Shown: positions 25,001 through 38,590, numbered from the stretch's first letter. The stretch is DNA of 64,000 nt from Raillietiella orientalis (GCA_036172245.1 JAYWIR010000028.1:744001-808000); one strand, 5' to 3'. Made by a program: numbers and translations. The notes: generated by a model from the sequence alone, not told the origin.

Positions 25001-25330
25001 ATTCTTAACTGATGGCAACTGCTAAGTACTGCCCATAACAACCAGATGCCCATCAATCCAATTGGTAAGATACAGCCAACGACTTCCATTCCTTAAGTAA
25101 TGGCTTTCGCCACTCCATGCCCACGCCGAAAGACAGAAAGGAAACAGTGCTCCTCTTCATCCTTCCTACTTCTTTATCTCTCTAATTCTCCCCTTCATCG
25201 TACTCACAAAACCTTTTCCATCATTCAGCTTGATCTGTCTCCGAATGAACTTGCTTGGACTCACAGACCAAAGCACGCTTCCCATTCACCATCCAACTTT
25301 TCTCCATTTTCATCCTCTTTCAAACTTTGA
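22100..25330 (-). mobile_element. Degenerate Helitron/Helentron remnant (PIF1-like helicase followed by putative AP endonuclease)
   Basis: In order on the minus strand: FLSVFRRGHGVAKAI (Walker A, F.SG.AG.GK), RLQELKG, GINMFIANLDV..NGD (ML..NLDV..L.NG) and KRQ..LPLKLPIRLT..HKVQQSGL (R.Q.PL.LA.A.T.HK.QG.TL), then weaker endonuclease-like fragments. Many stops. Confidence 0.55.
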
Positions 25331-27450
25331 TATCGAAACTGCATAAGAAAACCGGGAAGGATGGATGCAGAAGTTTCCGTAAGGCCATTCCTGTCCGCTT
25401 GCAGGAAATGAATGGATGAGCTCGGAGCTGTTGTGCGAAGCTTATGACATGGCCGGCAGGACGCGTAAATGGTACACCAACGAGTGGCACAAGCAAACTC
25501 ATCCTTCTGAACATCCTTGAAAGGGAAAACTCGAAATCCCCAACAGACAAAGACGACTTCAAACCATCGGCGAATCCCTCAGAATCGCTCCTGACCTCGC
25601 GGTTCCTCTCGGTGCAAAGACTCTCCTGGAGTCCCTTTCCATTGCCGGCACGACAAATCTTCCTTCAGGGTTCCCAGGACTGAGAGACATGAATTATTTC
25701 GAACGCAGCCCACTTTCTGGGAAGTCACTGGCTGGAAATTCAGGACCAGTAACCAGAAAGGATCGGCATAGAGCTCATTCCGTGTCCTTCAACCGCGTCT
25801 CGTCTGCAACCCTTAATCAGTACGCCTACAGATTGCTTTCGTCTTCCTGATAGAGAAATCCATGAGATCAATCAGACACACACATACACATATCGTGTGT
25901 GCCACACACATTCCATTGCACGTGTAGCACCCGCCCCTAGCAAACGGTGAGCATCCCAAAGAGATCAGCGAGGCACACAAAGACTTTTGGATCCCTGCGC
26001 CATCCCAAAAGCGTAACAGAGGAAGACACGGAGAACGTCAGCTTCTTTGCCTACAGCTGAAAGTTTCCATCATGTTTCCCGACTTCACGAGGTGTCCATG
26101 GGAAACATTTCCTCCTGAGAGACTAGGATCTGAAGCAGCATTCCAACCCGACGCCCTCGTCCAGCATGAGCGGCAGTCGCGCAAGTTCCGCCGTCCGACT
26201 GCGTGAGGTGGCCAAACCCAGAACCGCTAGTCGACATTCCGGTTCGGAGTCTGCTCGTGTTTATGAAACAGGTGGGGGAAACAGGATCGCTGATAGAACT
26301 GACGGAATCACTCCTGTACCCATGACGCTTGTTGGATCGTTGAGGGAATGCACGTCTCTTCCACCTCGGAGGTGGAGACATGCAGATGTGTCTACGAAAC
26401 GTCCAAGAAGAAAGCAGACAAGAGGAGGCGTGCCGCGAAGGATTAGATCCGGTCACGTGACCCGGACAGAGGAGCCTTCGCCGAGAGACTTGCCTCGAAA
26501 CGCGAGGAGCAAACTTTCGGAATAGCTATATGGGGAGCGCTCTACGTTCACAACTAGGAAATTCTCCAGGAGGACAACCCTGGGCGGAAGCTGCAGGAAA
26601 GCGAGCCCTCGAATTCAGAAAGCAGCTTCTTTGCTGAGAGAGCACGCGTCTCCCTTGACTACCGACGTGGAGGCGAACTCTCTCCTGTTCTTCCCGCTCC
26701 AGATCCCTAATTCCGGCACGTCGGCACGGCGTTGCAGTACGACGCAAAGGGTCGCGACTACGGAATCCACAGATGCGAGAAGGCAGGGAAGGTGGGTTCT
26801 TCTGAAGCGTTTTGCGAAGCTCTTTCAAGTAGCATATCTTGACTTGGAGACGAAGGTGGAAGAGCCGCGCGGAGCGACTCTCTGGATCCAGGGCATTTGG
26901 TGCTCAGAGAGGACTCCAAACTAGAGACTAGGGGGGTCCCTGTTTTTACCGAGACATGCAGGAGGAGTTTTAGCAACTGCCGATGCCTGCTCCTGATTGG
27001 ATTCTTGGAGCAACCGCTACTGGCACGAGTGAGAGAGGTAGGTTGCGCTCCTCTAGGCGGTTGGCGTCGTTCCGCCCTTGGCTTTGACCGTTTTTGAGAC
27101 ACATGGTGGTGGTTCGCATTCACTTCTTTCTCTCTGCGGGCAGAAGAGAGCATTCTGACCACTTTATTCTGTGCAGCTGGTTCACACTGTGCGTCAGAAT
27201 GGCGCTCCAGGGACAGCCGCAACTCCGGACCCGGAGTTGTCAAATTAAATTCTGAAGAGTGCATTTCTTAGGATTCCCTACGAATTTCGAATCATTGTGG
27301 GTTTCCACACGTCCTGGTGCTCTTATTTTGGCTCTGTCTTTGAAGATGCTTGAAGTATTGTATCCAGGCGTCTCTGTTTGCGTGGCATTTATCCTGCTGA
27401 CAGTGCGTGCCACGTCGCTTCTGTTGCTAAGAAACGGATCCCAATCGCAT
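25330..27450 (+). mobile_element. Degenerate LINE reverse transcriptase fragments
   Basis: NRIADRTDGITP..SLRECTSLPPRRWRHADV (K.A.G.DGI...G..P..W..A.V) and VEEPRGATL (GVPQGS.L) at 26200-26950. A separate K...D.RP...RL-like piece lies at 25450-25700. Confidence 0.4.
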
Positions 27451-30400
27451 AAGATTCTTTAGCGCGCATCGCCTTCTCATTTGCTTGGCACCTGGCGTTG
27501 CCGACTCATCGGGAGAAGACATCACCACCTCGCGGGAAGAAAGCTTGATTGAGCAGGCGAACGCGGAAGGCAGAGACAGCCAACCTGATTTCGCGATGCG
27601 AGTTGGCGTCCTTGGCCATCAGCGCACCAGAAGGAGGCAGTGCGTTTCCCCTCTCAACGGGTGGGTTTACAAGGGGATGCCGCAAGTTCTGAGCGACCTC
27701 AAAGTCGGACGAGGGCAGCTCCGCTTAGGATGGACCCTGCATCTTCCTTCCTAGCTTGTTTCACTTGGACAGGATCTCACACGTGCAGTCGTCGGCAGTG
27801 TGCTGCTCATCCCAAGGTGCTGGAGCGCGGAAAAACAAATTCTTCTAAACCAGAGGCATTCTGGAATCCTCGCTTAATGCTCTCTCCTCTATCCGAATAG
27901 GTGGAGAGAAAAAGCACCAAGGAATTCCCACGCCCGTCCAGCTTCAGTTGGCGCCACCTTGCTCATAGAATCCTTTAATTAGAACGGCTCGAAGATGCCC
28001 TTCCGCAAACCCACGCCATTGACTCAGGGCAATCAACCCCCTGAGGATCCCTCCTCAGGTCACTGACCGAGAGGTCAGAGGGTCTCCCGCTCCTGCGGGA
28101 ATGCTCCGCGTTGAGTCTTTCTTCCTATTCCATCTTCCTCCCCCAGGTGACCCTTCGCGACCCGGCCTTCGACGAGCGACCGCATTCGCTCCTACCGCGC
28201 TCATCTGCGCGGTCTCCCGCGCGCACAGGAGGAATAGGTCGACCGAGGAGAGAGATCCCTCTCTGAGGAGGAGCTGGCGATCCCAGGGAAGGCTTTCCAG
28301 GGTGCCGTGGAAGGGGAAAGTCGAGATCCTTCCCAAAAACGGAGGAGTGGATGCAGTCACGCCTCTTCGGGATAGTTCGCGTCGGGAGCGCCGGCTGCAC
28401 GCTGGCGCCATGGAGCATTTATGCTGGAGGCGCGCGCTCAGGAACAGAAAGGAGTGCATATCTCTTGACAAGAGGGAAGTCTCTTTGCAGACACCTCCGT
28501 CGCCAATGGGGCTGGCAAGCATAGGCTGGGGGTCGCTCGGAGTCAACCAGGTCTGGCTGTTATCATAGGCAGGGCGGAGCAGGTTCAAACTGCAGGTCGG
28601 CTTTCAGCCAAATTCTCCGGGACGACCACGCGTCTCTGCACGGCCGGTTGTCATCGGGAACGGTTGCTTCTGGCACCTGCTCACTCTGGCATCAGCTTCC
28701 GGAAGTAGGAAAAAAGAAAAAGAAAAGCGACTCTGGGAATCTTTTGAGGCGGACACGTCTGCTTTCGGAAACCCCCTCCTCCCAATCGCTTTCTTCCGTT
28801 GGCTCTTCTGCAGCCTACCGAATGTCCCGTTCCTCCTGTTCCTTCATCCAAGAGTGAGGTGGGCTTCTCCTCTGAGAGGAAGGGGATGCTGACTACAGAG
28901 CTCTCGTCTTCCTTGCATGAAGTGCTTTGTCATGAGGCAACTCGCTGAGCCGCCGGCTCTCAGCCTCCCCTTTCTTTTCTCCACCGCTAAGATGCTCGGA
29001 AAGCGGTCCATCGGCCGCTCAGAGATGCCTCGCTACCGCAGGATCAGAGTGGCTCGTCCAGGGAGGAGTCCAGGGTGGAACGGAAGAGCGAAGAGTCACC
29101 GCAGGCAGCGCGGGTGGGCAGTGAACTCCCTGCCACCACCTTTGCTTCCTGCGGTCCGTAGGGATCCGCAGCAACCCCAAGGGAAAAAAAGCTTTTAAGT
29201 GAAGGGGATCCTCCCTTCTCCCTCCGCCCTTGCTCGGGCACTTCCTCGGTTTGGAAGTCCAGTGAAGAGGCTTGATCCCCCTTCTTCGCCCGGAACGGCT
29301 CCCGGAGTCTCCTGGAATGAGCGCGTTCTTCTTTGACCCCTGGGACGTTCAACTTTGCTCTTCGGCGACTTCTCTTGCCCACGGGGGAGGGCTGTCGCCC
29401 TTTTTTGCCCAGAGACGGAGACACGGAGCTAACGGTACTTTGCCCTCCCTTCCCTTCTTCCTTCTTTTGTTGCCAAGGAGACCCGAGGAGCCAAGAGAAG
29501 AGAGGGAGAGAGACGGAGTTCGACAACAATGGTGAGCGTTCATTCCGCCTGCCCCTTCCCTTTCGGAGTCACGGCAACCTCCTCCTTGAATCCCTGGTCC
29601 TATCTGGGGTTAGCAAACTTTCAGCAGTGACCTCCCTTTGTTGCCGTTTCCCCAGAAACCCCGACAGGCAGCGGGAGAGGAAAGGGAAGGGAAGAGAGAG
29701 GGAGCGCGGAGGAACGGCCGCGCTTTTCCCCCTTCCCCGCTCTCGCTCTTTGCGGCTCCCCAAAGAGATCCGCGCCGGTTGCCCCAATCACGATCCTGCC
29801 TCCTCCCGGGAAAGCTTGGCCCCCGCGCCCCGCCCACCGGGAAGGCCCATTAGCGGAGCGGGGAGAGCAAAAGGGAGACTCTCTCTCTCTCCAGCGGGCT
29901 GCCTCCCCGAGATGCCGTTCCCGCATCCCCTGATTCGCCGGTCCCGTGGGCGAGGTCGTCACCTGCGCGCGTCAGCTCCCTCTCCGCGTGCCCTCCTGGA
30001 ATGCGAGAAGGGCGACATCCTCCGTCGGGCGGAGGGAGGAGGGGGAGCAGAGATGCCTCCGCGGTCTTTTCCTCGGGGACGGCAGGACCTCCTGACCCTG
30101 CAGCCACTCGGTGAAGGCAGCGCCCCAAGCGGAAGACTCCTGAACAACCTTTCTCCTCCTTTCCGCTTCCCCATCCCCCTCCGGCTCCTATTGAAGGATG
30201 CTTCCCACCCCATGTCCCTCCTGGGTTCCATCGCGGTTTCCTGGAAACAAGCACATCCTTCGGCCTTTGCTATGAGGACTCTTCCCACCCCCACCTCCTT
30301 CCCCCTTTCTCCCACTGGATTCCCAAGGTTCTTCTGAGGAGTGGGCTAAAGAGGGGTGATCGGAGGACCTCCTCCAGGTATTGGGAGCGGTTCCCACGAC

Positions 30401-31500
30401 ATCCCACTGCATCCTTTTTTACTTGCCCACTCCCTACCCCCCGAGGGTTTCCCGAGGTCTTTTTTCCTGTGAGGGCTACCTGCAGGCAAAGGAGAATTCC
30501 AGATCTGCCCTTGTGGGGACGCACTTCTCGTAGGACTCTCCTTAGACGTTTCTCCCCTCCCTCATACGCGGCTTCTTCCCCTCAGGAATGGGGGAACACA
30601 CCCCAGGCACCCTTGGCTCTTCCAGGATTCGAGCTTCCCTTGCCGTGGGAACTCCTGGCTGTCCTGGTTCCCCCTTTGGGACTCTGAGGTCTCCTCTGGA
30701 ACCAGGAAAACTCGTCGTGGCAAGGAATTTGGCGGAGAAGGGAGCAGGGAGTTCCCGTATGCTCCTGGAGATGAGGCGAGATTGCGCAGAAGAGGAGCGA
30801 TGAAGATCCGAGGATATCTCTGGGAGAGTCCGTTGACGACGAGCGACGAGCCGCAGGGGACGCTGGTGTGTACCGGGGTTCTCCCTGATTCGCGACGTCG
30901 ACGCCCTCTAGGTCACCGAGGAATTCACTCCAGGAGCACCGCACCCCATTGCAGGGATGGGACGGGGGGAGAGAGAGGGTACCGGGAGACGGAAAATCTC
31001 CTATCGGAGTGAAAGGTGTGAGAGCGGAGATAGGGAAGCGCGCGACGCTGTTGGCTGTGCCATCGGACCTCGCTCCTGAGCTCCGAGGACGTTGGCGATG
31101 GTTTTCCGTAGGGGTCAGCGGCGGCCCTACACCGAGGGCTGCTTTCCAGATCCTCAGCTCGTGTCTTCCTCTGCTCCTCTCCTTCCCAGAAGAATTTTCC
31201 TACTCCCTCTATCTGTTTTTCCCAGCATCTTCCCCTGAGAGCAAAAAGCCTGAACCAAGCTGAAACCTTCGGGTTCTAGTGATGGCGAGGAAGAACTCGC
31301 CATCACGAGAACGCGCTTCGGGAGGTCGTCCTTGCCATCGTCCTCTCCGACTGCCCTTCGCACCTCCCTCGCTTGCTAAGGGAGCAGAGAAGAGTGGATT
31401 CTTCTTATCCAACATACAGCATCTCTGTCGGCAGCTGGGGTGGCCACGTCTCGTGGCCTGCGGGCGACCTCTCGCGACAAGGAGGAGAAAGAGAGAGTTT
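27450..31500 (-). mobile_element. Degenerate R2/NeSL-like non-LTR retrotransposon
   Basis: GC-rich block. In order: PQEAKVVAGSSLPTRAACGDS (P.T..EV....APG.DG), GGFRKQTC (Q.GF...GC), LLRPAYDNSQTWL..IGDGGVCKETSLLS (L...Y.N....I..GV.QG.PLS) and LEEFVFPR (L..F..PR, typical of R2-like post-RT regions). Confidence 0.45.
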
Positions 31501-31549
31501 CTGCCAGCTGCTAACCGATGACGCTGCATGCTACAGGTCTGTGTGAATT

Positions 31550-32600
31550 GAGCCTTGCAGACGCAACGTCGGATGGCGCGTCTAGCTTCTAGGGCGTGAC
31601 TGTTCCATGGGAGCAGGATGGGAAGTGGTGGAAGTGCATCAGAGAGGAACTCTGTGTTCCCACTGGGATTCTTTAGGATGAAACCTAGTCAAGGCTTCCT
31701 CTCTCGTTGCCTCAAGGGGAAGTGAGCTCTCCTGAGTTCGTAACATGTACTTTAGCTTAGAACCTACAGGTCGAGTTTGCACGGTGCTTGATGAGTGCTC
31801 CTTCCCAGAAAGGTCCATCTTATTACCATTCAGTGACTATATGATTCCCGTTGAGGGAGTCTCTGGACCTAGCTCTCGATCGGTGGACCCCACTTAGTGT
31901 ACCAAGCTCAACCAGGAGATGATGGTACAGCGACCTTTACGTATTCCGCTCATTTTGGGAGATCCTTACCGTGGTGGACTACTTTTAGATGTTCTCATCT
32001 ACGGGACTTAGTAAAAGGCGAAAGAATCATATACTAGAATAGGGGCTACTAGTTCAGACCTGAGCGGCATGCCCCCAACTCTCCAGGGCTGCCGGTTGAT
32101 ATCGGCCAGTAGCCACGCGCCTCGAACCGCTAAACGGGATTCGATACCGTGCGCAGCGGACTCACAGCGGTGGAGCTCACCACGGTGAGCGAGCAAGGTG
32201 GACGGCGCAGCCTCCCGCCTCTATGGCATGCGATGCGAGGGGTCACCTTGAAGAAATGTCCCCTCCGTCTAGCGCTTACAATGTAGACAGGCGTCAGGCA
32301 CGTCTGTCCGCAGGTGGAACCCGTGCACGGCTCTCGATCAGAGACCACACGTGACCAGGAGTGACTGAACATGGGACTCCGCACGCCGCTTCACATGCAC
32401 GCTTGAAAAAACAGCGTGAACCCCCTCAGTCGAGGGAGAATTCTGGAAACGAAGCCTCAGATTTAGTGAACCCAAGCCATCGAACTGCCCCCAATATGAG
32501 GGTGGACAAATTGTTCACCCTTTGGTCACCCTTGCTTCCTGACTCTTCGAAATAGAATCGGGATGCATGTTTGACGACGGAGTCAGACATACAAGACAAG
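31550..32600 (+). mobile_element. Degenerate Ty3/Gypsy integrase fragment
   Basis: WEILTVVDYF*MF at ~31955-31995 (L.VVDY.S.F) followed by PGLPVDIG (G.P..I.SD). Confidence 0.45.
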
Positions 32601-33179
32601 GAAACGGCATGTGGTCAAGAGGTTTCCCACTGAGGATGCTCCTGCTACACTGGAGGCTTCGCGTGCAGCCAGCTTCCTGACTACCGGACGTAGGGCAGCG
32701 TGTCTCCCGACTGTGCTACGTGTAAGGAGTTCGAATTGCATCCCGTACCTCTTGCTATCCATCCTAGGCATGTGACGACGCCTAGCCATCCCCAATGGGC
32801 ACGCGGGGGAGACTCCGATGGACTTGCCGCGCCGCTGCCTGAGTGGAGCTTCTCCGGTGCGTCCGGACAGTCGACATGGTCAATAGCGGACGGCATACAG
32901 TGTGGGACAGATTTCCTTTTTCTGCGTTAGCATCGGAGGCAGCTGTGATCCCCCTGGCATGCGGAACGGTGCGATGACCTCAGCTCTTTTCGGGAACGAA
33001 AACGACATCACGCGTATTGCCCAGTATACACAACGGAACGAACGTTCTCTGAAACGCTTCCTTACCTTCTTCCCTCTTCCCCTGGGAGAGAAAAAAAAGC
33101 AAGTACGGGATTCTCACTTACGTTTTTATGTCTGCTGTCATCCGCGCTGCCCTACCCTTTGATTCCGTTTCCCGACCAG

Positions 33180-34930
33180 TGAATTGGAGGACTCTGGGGC
33201 CGTTCCTAAAGACTGAAGGTCCAGAATGAATGTTTATTGAATCGCTTCCCTCTTCATTTGGTCTAATGAAGTTCCAGAGTGGCCTTCTCACCCCAGCTCG
33301 CCGGGTCCTTTATTTAAAATAAATAAATGGGATTTTTACAACGAGGAAGATGCCGACATGGACCGGTCCGAAATGAAAAGGGACCAAATCTACTGGGACA
33401 GAACTAGGAAAGGAGCTGAGGATAAAAGAGGAAAGGAATTTAATAAATGAATGAATGAACAGGCAGTCGGAATGGATAGACTTCAAACGACGTTATCCTG
33501 GTCAGTGCAGTCCCTCGGACCTGCTTCGAATAGGGATAGGAGAAGGAGAAGGAATGCTGTCATTGGTTTTCAGATTGGCTGACCAAAATTATCCGAAGGA
33601 TCCCTTTTATTGAACAGAGACGTTTGGTCCCTGTTCAATAACAGGGATCTATCCCTGTTTGGTCCATTGCGCCATACTCTACATGAGGACGACGAGAGAA
33701 TGATAATGAGTCCCTGGGATGACGGCCACACTCCCACTCTCCTGCTGCTCGCACATGGCAGAGGCTGCGAGGAATCAACTGGTGATTACAGAGAGATTAC
33801 CTTCTTCGATCTGGTCCTGGAGGTCTGGGCCTGAGATGAGAATCCTTTGATCCAACACTGATGAATGTGCTCGTGTTATCAGCCCGACACATTCAGAAAT
33901 CAAAGTCCATCTTCATGTAAGCGGCATCCTCCAGGTTCTCCAACTGGACTTAGGACCAGCTCGTGTACTACTTCCCTGTTCACCAGGTAGGGAATCGCAG
34001 CTCTCACGTCCACCATCAGCCAATGGGAGGGTGCCGACAGGACCAAAAGAGATCGAGTGAGGCAACAGGGAAGATGCTTCGTGCCTGAACATTCCGTGAG
34101 AGGGAAGCACGGATCCGTGAGGGTTCCTCCGTACGTGACTTGCTTTGTGGCGGGCCCATCGGTGCTCGTCGAACGGGAGCGATCCGGAAGGAACGATACC
34201 GCTCCCTACAGGGACATTGGGGACGTGTCTGGATTCGAAGGACCCTCTCTGTCCCCGAGCTCTTGCTTTCTTGCCGCTTCCCAACTCCCAAGATGCTACG
34301 CTCTCATCTACTTCCTGAGGGATGCTGTTGGTCCTGGAGCTCACAGACAACGCGGGGTGAGAGGTCCTGGTGATTTTCTCATCTTGAAAGAAGCTGAATG
34401 GTCAATTTGATTACCTTGCCTTCCCCATTCCTCCCCTTCCCTTCCTCTCACGCGGTGATGCCGGGGTGTTTTCCTGTAAACAATAAACATGCAACATTAC
34501 TAGGCACCAAGTCCTAGCTACTAGAGGGTAGATGCCGTGTGACCCGCCGGCTGACCAGAGAGTTTTTCTGGAAAGGTGGAAGGGGAAAAGAAAAAAACAA
34601 ATACATACGTAGAAGCCCGACGGAGGGTTCATCACGTGAGGGCTTGGAAGGGGTTCGCACCTGGTCACAGTTTTCCCTTTCGCATGCTTTTAGCTCTCGA
34701 AGATTCCACGCAAGCCAGGGTCTCCACCAACCACTTCTTGCTTTTTCTCCCTTCGTGTTTCCTCCTCCACAGAAGACTTGCCCGCTAGGGACTTGCTTGC
34801 TCTCCCTGTAACTTTCGCTACGCGCATATTCTCTTCTGCGAAGGAAGGCGTGCACGCTGCACGGGAGCTTCTGCCAAGACTGCAGTAGTCGTCCTCTAAC
34901 TGCTTCTTTCCGTTCGGAAGGATGATGGTG
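33180..34930 (+). mobile_element. Degenerate piggyBac transposase
   Basis: RDVWSLFNN..FGP..LHEDDERMI (first catalytic DE.MI), a GT.R.NR-like segment, TIPLPTGTLGTCLDSKDPL (I..YN..MG.VD..D.L), LIYFLRDAV (LF..L.D.A) and a terminal Cys-rich CPLGTC..FCQDC region, all in piggyBac order. Confidence 0.6.
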
Positions 34931-36299
34931 TGCGATGTTCTCCCGCGACCAGAATTCTCCTCCCCCTCTCCTTAATAAATGACTGAGTACGAGACCAGCT
35001 CAGGCGGATGAGCGAAGAACATTCGATACATGTCAAAGCACCGAAACCCCGAAAATATTTTCGGAAAGGAAAAAGAAAAAAGATACAATCAGATGAATAG
35101 ATGGATCATGAAGATGGGATGTCTTCGCCCTCGCATCCATAAAGGGGGCCGAAAACACCGGAGAAAGGTATCGCGAGCGACCGTCTCTCTTGCCTCCGGC
35201 AGCGGAGGCGAGGAGGACCTCTTCCTCAAAAGATTCCGACCAACTCGGGCACTGTCTGAGAGAATTCGAAGCTAGTGCCAACGGAGAATGTGGTTCCAGT
35301 GCGTCTTTGGTGAGCTGCCAGCAAGTGCTGAGTCAAGCTTTGTACGGGCGCAAGCGCGCATACCGGCAGAAAGGCCTGCATCCCTGATGTTTTTGTTTTT
35401 TTTCCCGGAAAAACAGAAAAGGAAGCCACTCTCATCTCTTTCAGTTAGGAAATACAACTCTCGTGCTGACACGAATCTCCTGTCTCCCTGCTTCTTCGCC
35501 TTGGTGTTGGATATCCTCTTCCCACGAAATGCCTCTTCCTCCGAGGCCGTTCCAGCACCCCTTGCACACGATCAAGGTGCACCAGGCAGCACACCCCTGT
35601 CATTGCTGATCTCCCCACTTCTCTTCTTCCTCCATTTTATTCTCTTTCCCTTTAAGCCCCCCGAAAGTGCCCATTTCAGATCCTTCAGCTGGAAATTCGA
35701 AGCCGATGCTGTCACTTCCGCTTCCTGCTAAAGGAAGAGCTCCTCTTGAGACCTCGTTCATGAGTCTCGCTTAAAAACCCCCCAGGGGCGATCCAAGGAT
35801 ACCAGGATGTTTTCCGAATCAATTCTTCTTACTCAACTGATAACGTGAGGAACACCCTTTCTTCTCCTGTTTTTCCTTCCCCCCCCCCCCTTTTTTTTTT
35901 TCTTCACGTTTTAAGGAAGTACAGATCCACGGTGCGGGTTGCCATGTTTTTTTTTCAGAAAATTTTGGGGATGGCTTCTGACGTAGGTCCAAAGAAGCGC
36001 CCTTCCAGTCTTGCCGATCTCGTCGAAAGAGGACGACTCGTTTCCGGGGACACGGTGGTTCAGTGGTCGGTCTGATGACGGCGGCATTGGAAAAGATGGA
36101 AGAAAAAGAGGAATCGAGATGTCACCTCCAAGAATCTCCCCCTCGCCTCCGCCTCCGCGTGCACGCCGCTCGCCAGCGTGTTGCTCCTCGGATCTTTGCG
36201 GTATCACAAAGGGAAAAACAAATCGCTGCCGAGTTTCGCGTGAACCAAAATCACCTGAAGATTCTTCCGATGCGACCTCAGCGACGAGGACTGTGGGCA

Positions 36300-36850
36300 G
36301 GGGGAAGGAATAAGCAACCTTCATTTAAGGAGCGCGAGATTAGATGCAATGAGCTTTCCGGAAACCAAATGCGGGGAGGGCAATCGATGCGTTTTTGGAG
36401 GGAATTTCGTTGGGAAAGAAAAGGACCATTCTGGCGCTGAGAAAGTCTACATGAAGCAGGGCAGGCAGAGAAGGTGCAATTCTTTTATTTTCTGATTATA
36501 TGGTGATTTGTAATCCGCCTGCTGGAATGAAAAAGGAAGAGCAATTCTACAGTGCTGGGAGGGAGGTGTTAGGTGACCCGAATGGGGAGGAGAGAGACTC
36601 GATAAAAATGGGAAGCACAGAAAGTGGGAGCGGGAGCTCTGGAGCGTTGGAAACGGAACGAAAGAAGGTATCGGGAGCTTATAAATTCCTCCGGAGTGGC
36701 ACGCGAGGAGAAACGACGAAAGGATAAAGAAGAGGAAGTGGTAGTGAAATTCGGAAATGGAAAGGTCTTGGTTCCGAAATGAAGCCATAAAACTTTCGAG
36801 GTGAAAAAACCGTAGAAGTCCCTTCCGGCGTTTTCCCGCGATGGGAATGC
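36300..36850 (+). mobile_element. RTE-type LINE endonuclease fragment
   Basis: MVICNPPAGMKKEEQFYSAGREVL..DSIKMGS..G matches I.VYAP......E.FY..L...L......I.MGDFNA. Confidence 0.45.
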
Positions 36851-36979
36851 GCGGAAAGTATCTTGAAGGTAAATGTTTTTCGCAGAAGAGAGGGCACGGA
36901 AGCGCCTACACCCTTGAGATCGTCCATTTTTTATTACATTTTGTTCCCGATTCAAATAGGAAGAAGGGGAACAAGAGAG

Positions 36980-38400
36980 CAGGGCGTAGAACTTCTTGCC
37001 ATCTCTGAATGTCCACCTTCCTCATCTGGTCGTCAGAAAAAGACTGCGGTTTTAGGAGGACGTCCTCCGGTAGCTCAACCCATTCTTACTGCAGGGCTCT
37101 GTATGCCGGAGCACATCATCCTTCTCCCGAAATGCTTCGCATGTTGCCTAGGGATCTTCAGGTCTTTCGGCACCTCGCCGTCCCAAGGATCCCAGAACAA
37201 ATGCTCGTACTGCGGTCAAAAGTCTTTACGTGGTGAAGTCGGTTCCCGACTTTCTCTTTCCTCGAGCCATCTTGAACGCTTCGAAGTCGTTGCCAAGTTT
37301 GGAAGTTGAACATGATGCACTGGTCCACCTCTGTATTGCACCAGGTCGTTCAGAGCTCCGAGTCGGTTCCATGGCTGGATGGGGACCATCAGCTCCCAAC
37401 GTTTTCCGGGTCATCCTTTTGATCCAGCATACCAGATCGTCGTCGTGTCTGCAGGCGATGAGTGAGATCGGAGTTTCTGCTGATGAAGTCACTGATAATG
37501 TGCGACAAGGAATCTTCCCATACCACACGCTTCCCACAGATCCCTTACACGCCATTCGCGGTGACTTTTGCTCTCCCGGACAGTATGGGGAGCTGCGACC
37601 CGTGGGCAGATTAATAATCGGAAACACCCTCCACCGTATGGCAAGTGTCGCAACGCATGATGCTGGCCAGCAAAAGGCGCGGCTTTTCCTTGTTCTGAAG
37701 ATCTTCCTGCAGGAGGAAGAGATCTGTGGTTTCCTGAATAGGGTCTGCAGTCCACGCAAGCTCTATGCAGGAAAGCACAGATCTTAGATTACGGTCGAAC
37801 GTCAAACCTTCGTCAGTACTTATGGGCGCATCGCGCCCATCAATGCCTATGCCACCCTTCGTCTGGACGGCCACCTGCCCGTCCAATATTCAGTTGCTTC
37901 TTATGTCACTGCTGAATTTATTAGGCTTCTTCGTGATTTCTCTAGACACAAACTGAACCAGCTTTTCTTCCGTCGGTGGAGCTTGAAGCCTCTCTTTCTT
38001 ACCACATTTTTCGTTTCTTTCCGGATGTCAATTGGATCCCTTTCAAGATTGCAATGACCGCCTCTGGGCTTCAGCTGCTAGACGTTTCTCTTAAAACTCC
38101 ACAGTGGAACCCACCCACCCCTGTTCTGTGGAACTTCAGATGCCGATTATCGGAAGGATTTCCAATGCACGGTTCTGCTGCCCAGGAGGCTTTCTCTGGA
38201 ATGCAGTCTCTGAGATGGTTCCCCATCGGCTCGGGTAGCCTCGAAGGAAGTTCCCAAGCTCCTAGAAGGGGAGTAAAGGGAACAGCTGGTCGGCAGAAAT
38301 GCCCTCTTCTTCCTCTTCGAGGAAACCGAGCAGGACAGGAGTTTGATTGATAGCCACGCGTCAGAGAGAGTTCCTGCTGGACACTCAAAGAGCTCTAAAA
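36980..38400 (-). mobile_element. Possible degenerate Transib/RAG1-like transposase
   Basis: Fragments TPVLLGFLEEEEEGISADQL, EKASWAAEPCIGNPS..LKF, VQTKGGIGIDG (K.G.DG, first catalytic Asp context), QNKEKPRLLL and SLGNMRSI (GN..R). Recognised from memory only. Confidence 0.3.
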
Positions 38401-38590
38401 CAAACACCCCGATCTCTTCTTATCTCACGTCTCCAAGGTACGGGAGCATCCTCCACCGCTAACTAGAGTCTGGAAAAGATCTAAAGACATCTTTTATTCC
38501 AAGTAAGAGTAACCATAAATGAAAAAAAAAAAAGATGGGAAGGCAGCTTTGCCTAGTCTTCACTAACAGCCCAGGAGAGCTGCTCTTCCT

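Noticed and set aside
29333..30337. 334-aa plus-strand ORF
   Set aside because: Low-complexity Arg/Pro/Gly product in GC-rich sequence antisense to a retroelement remnant; no domain.
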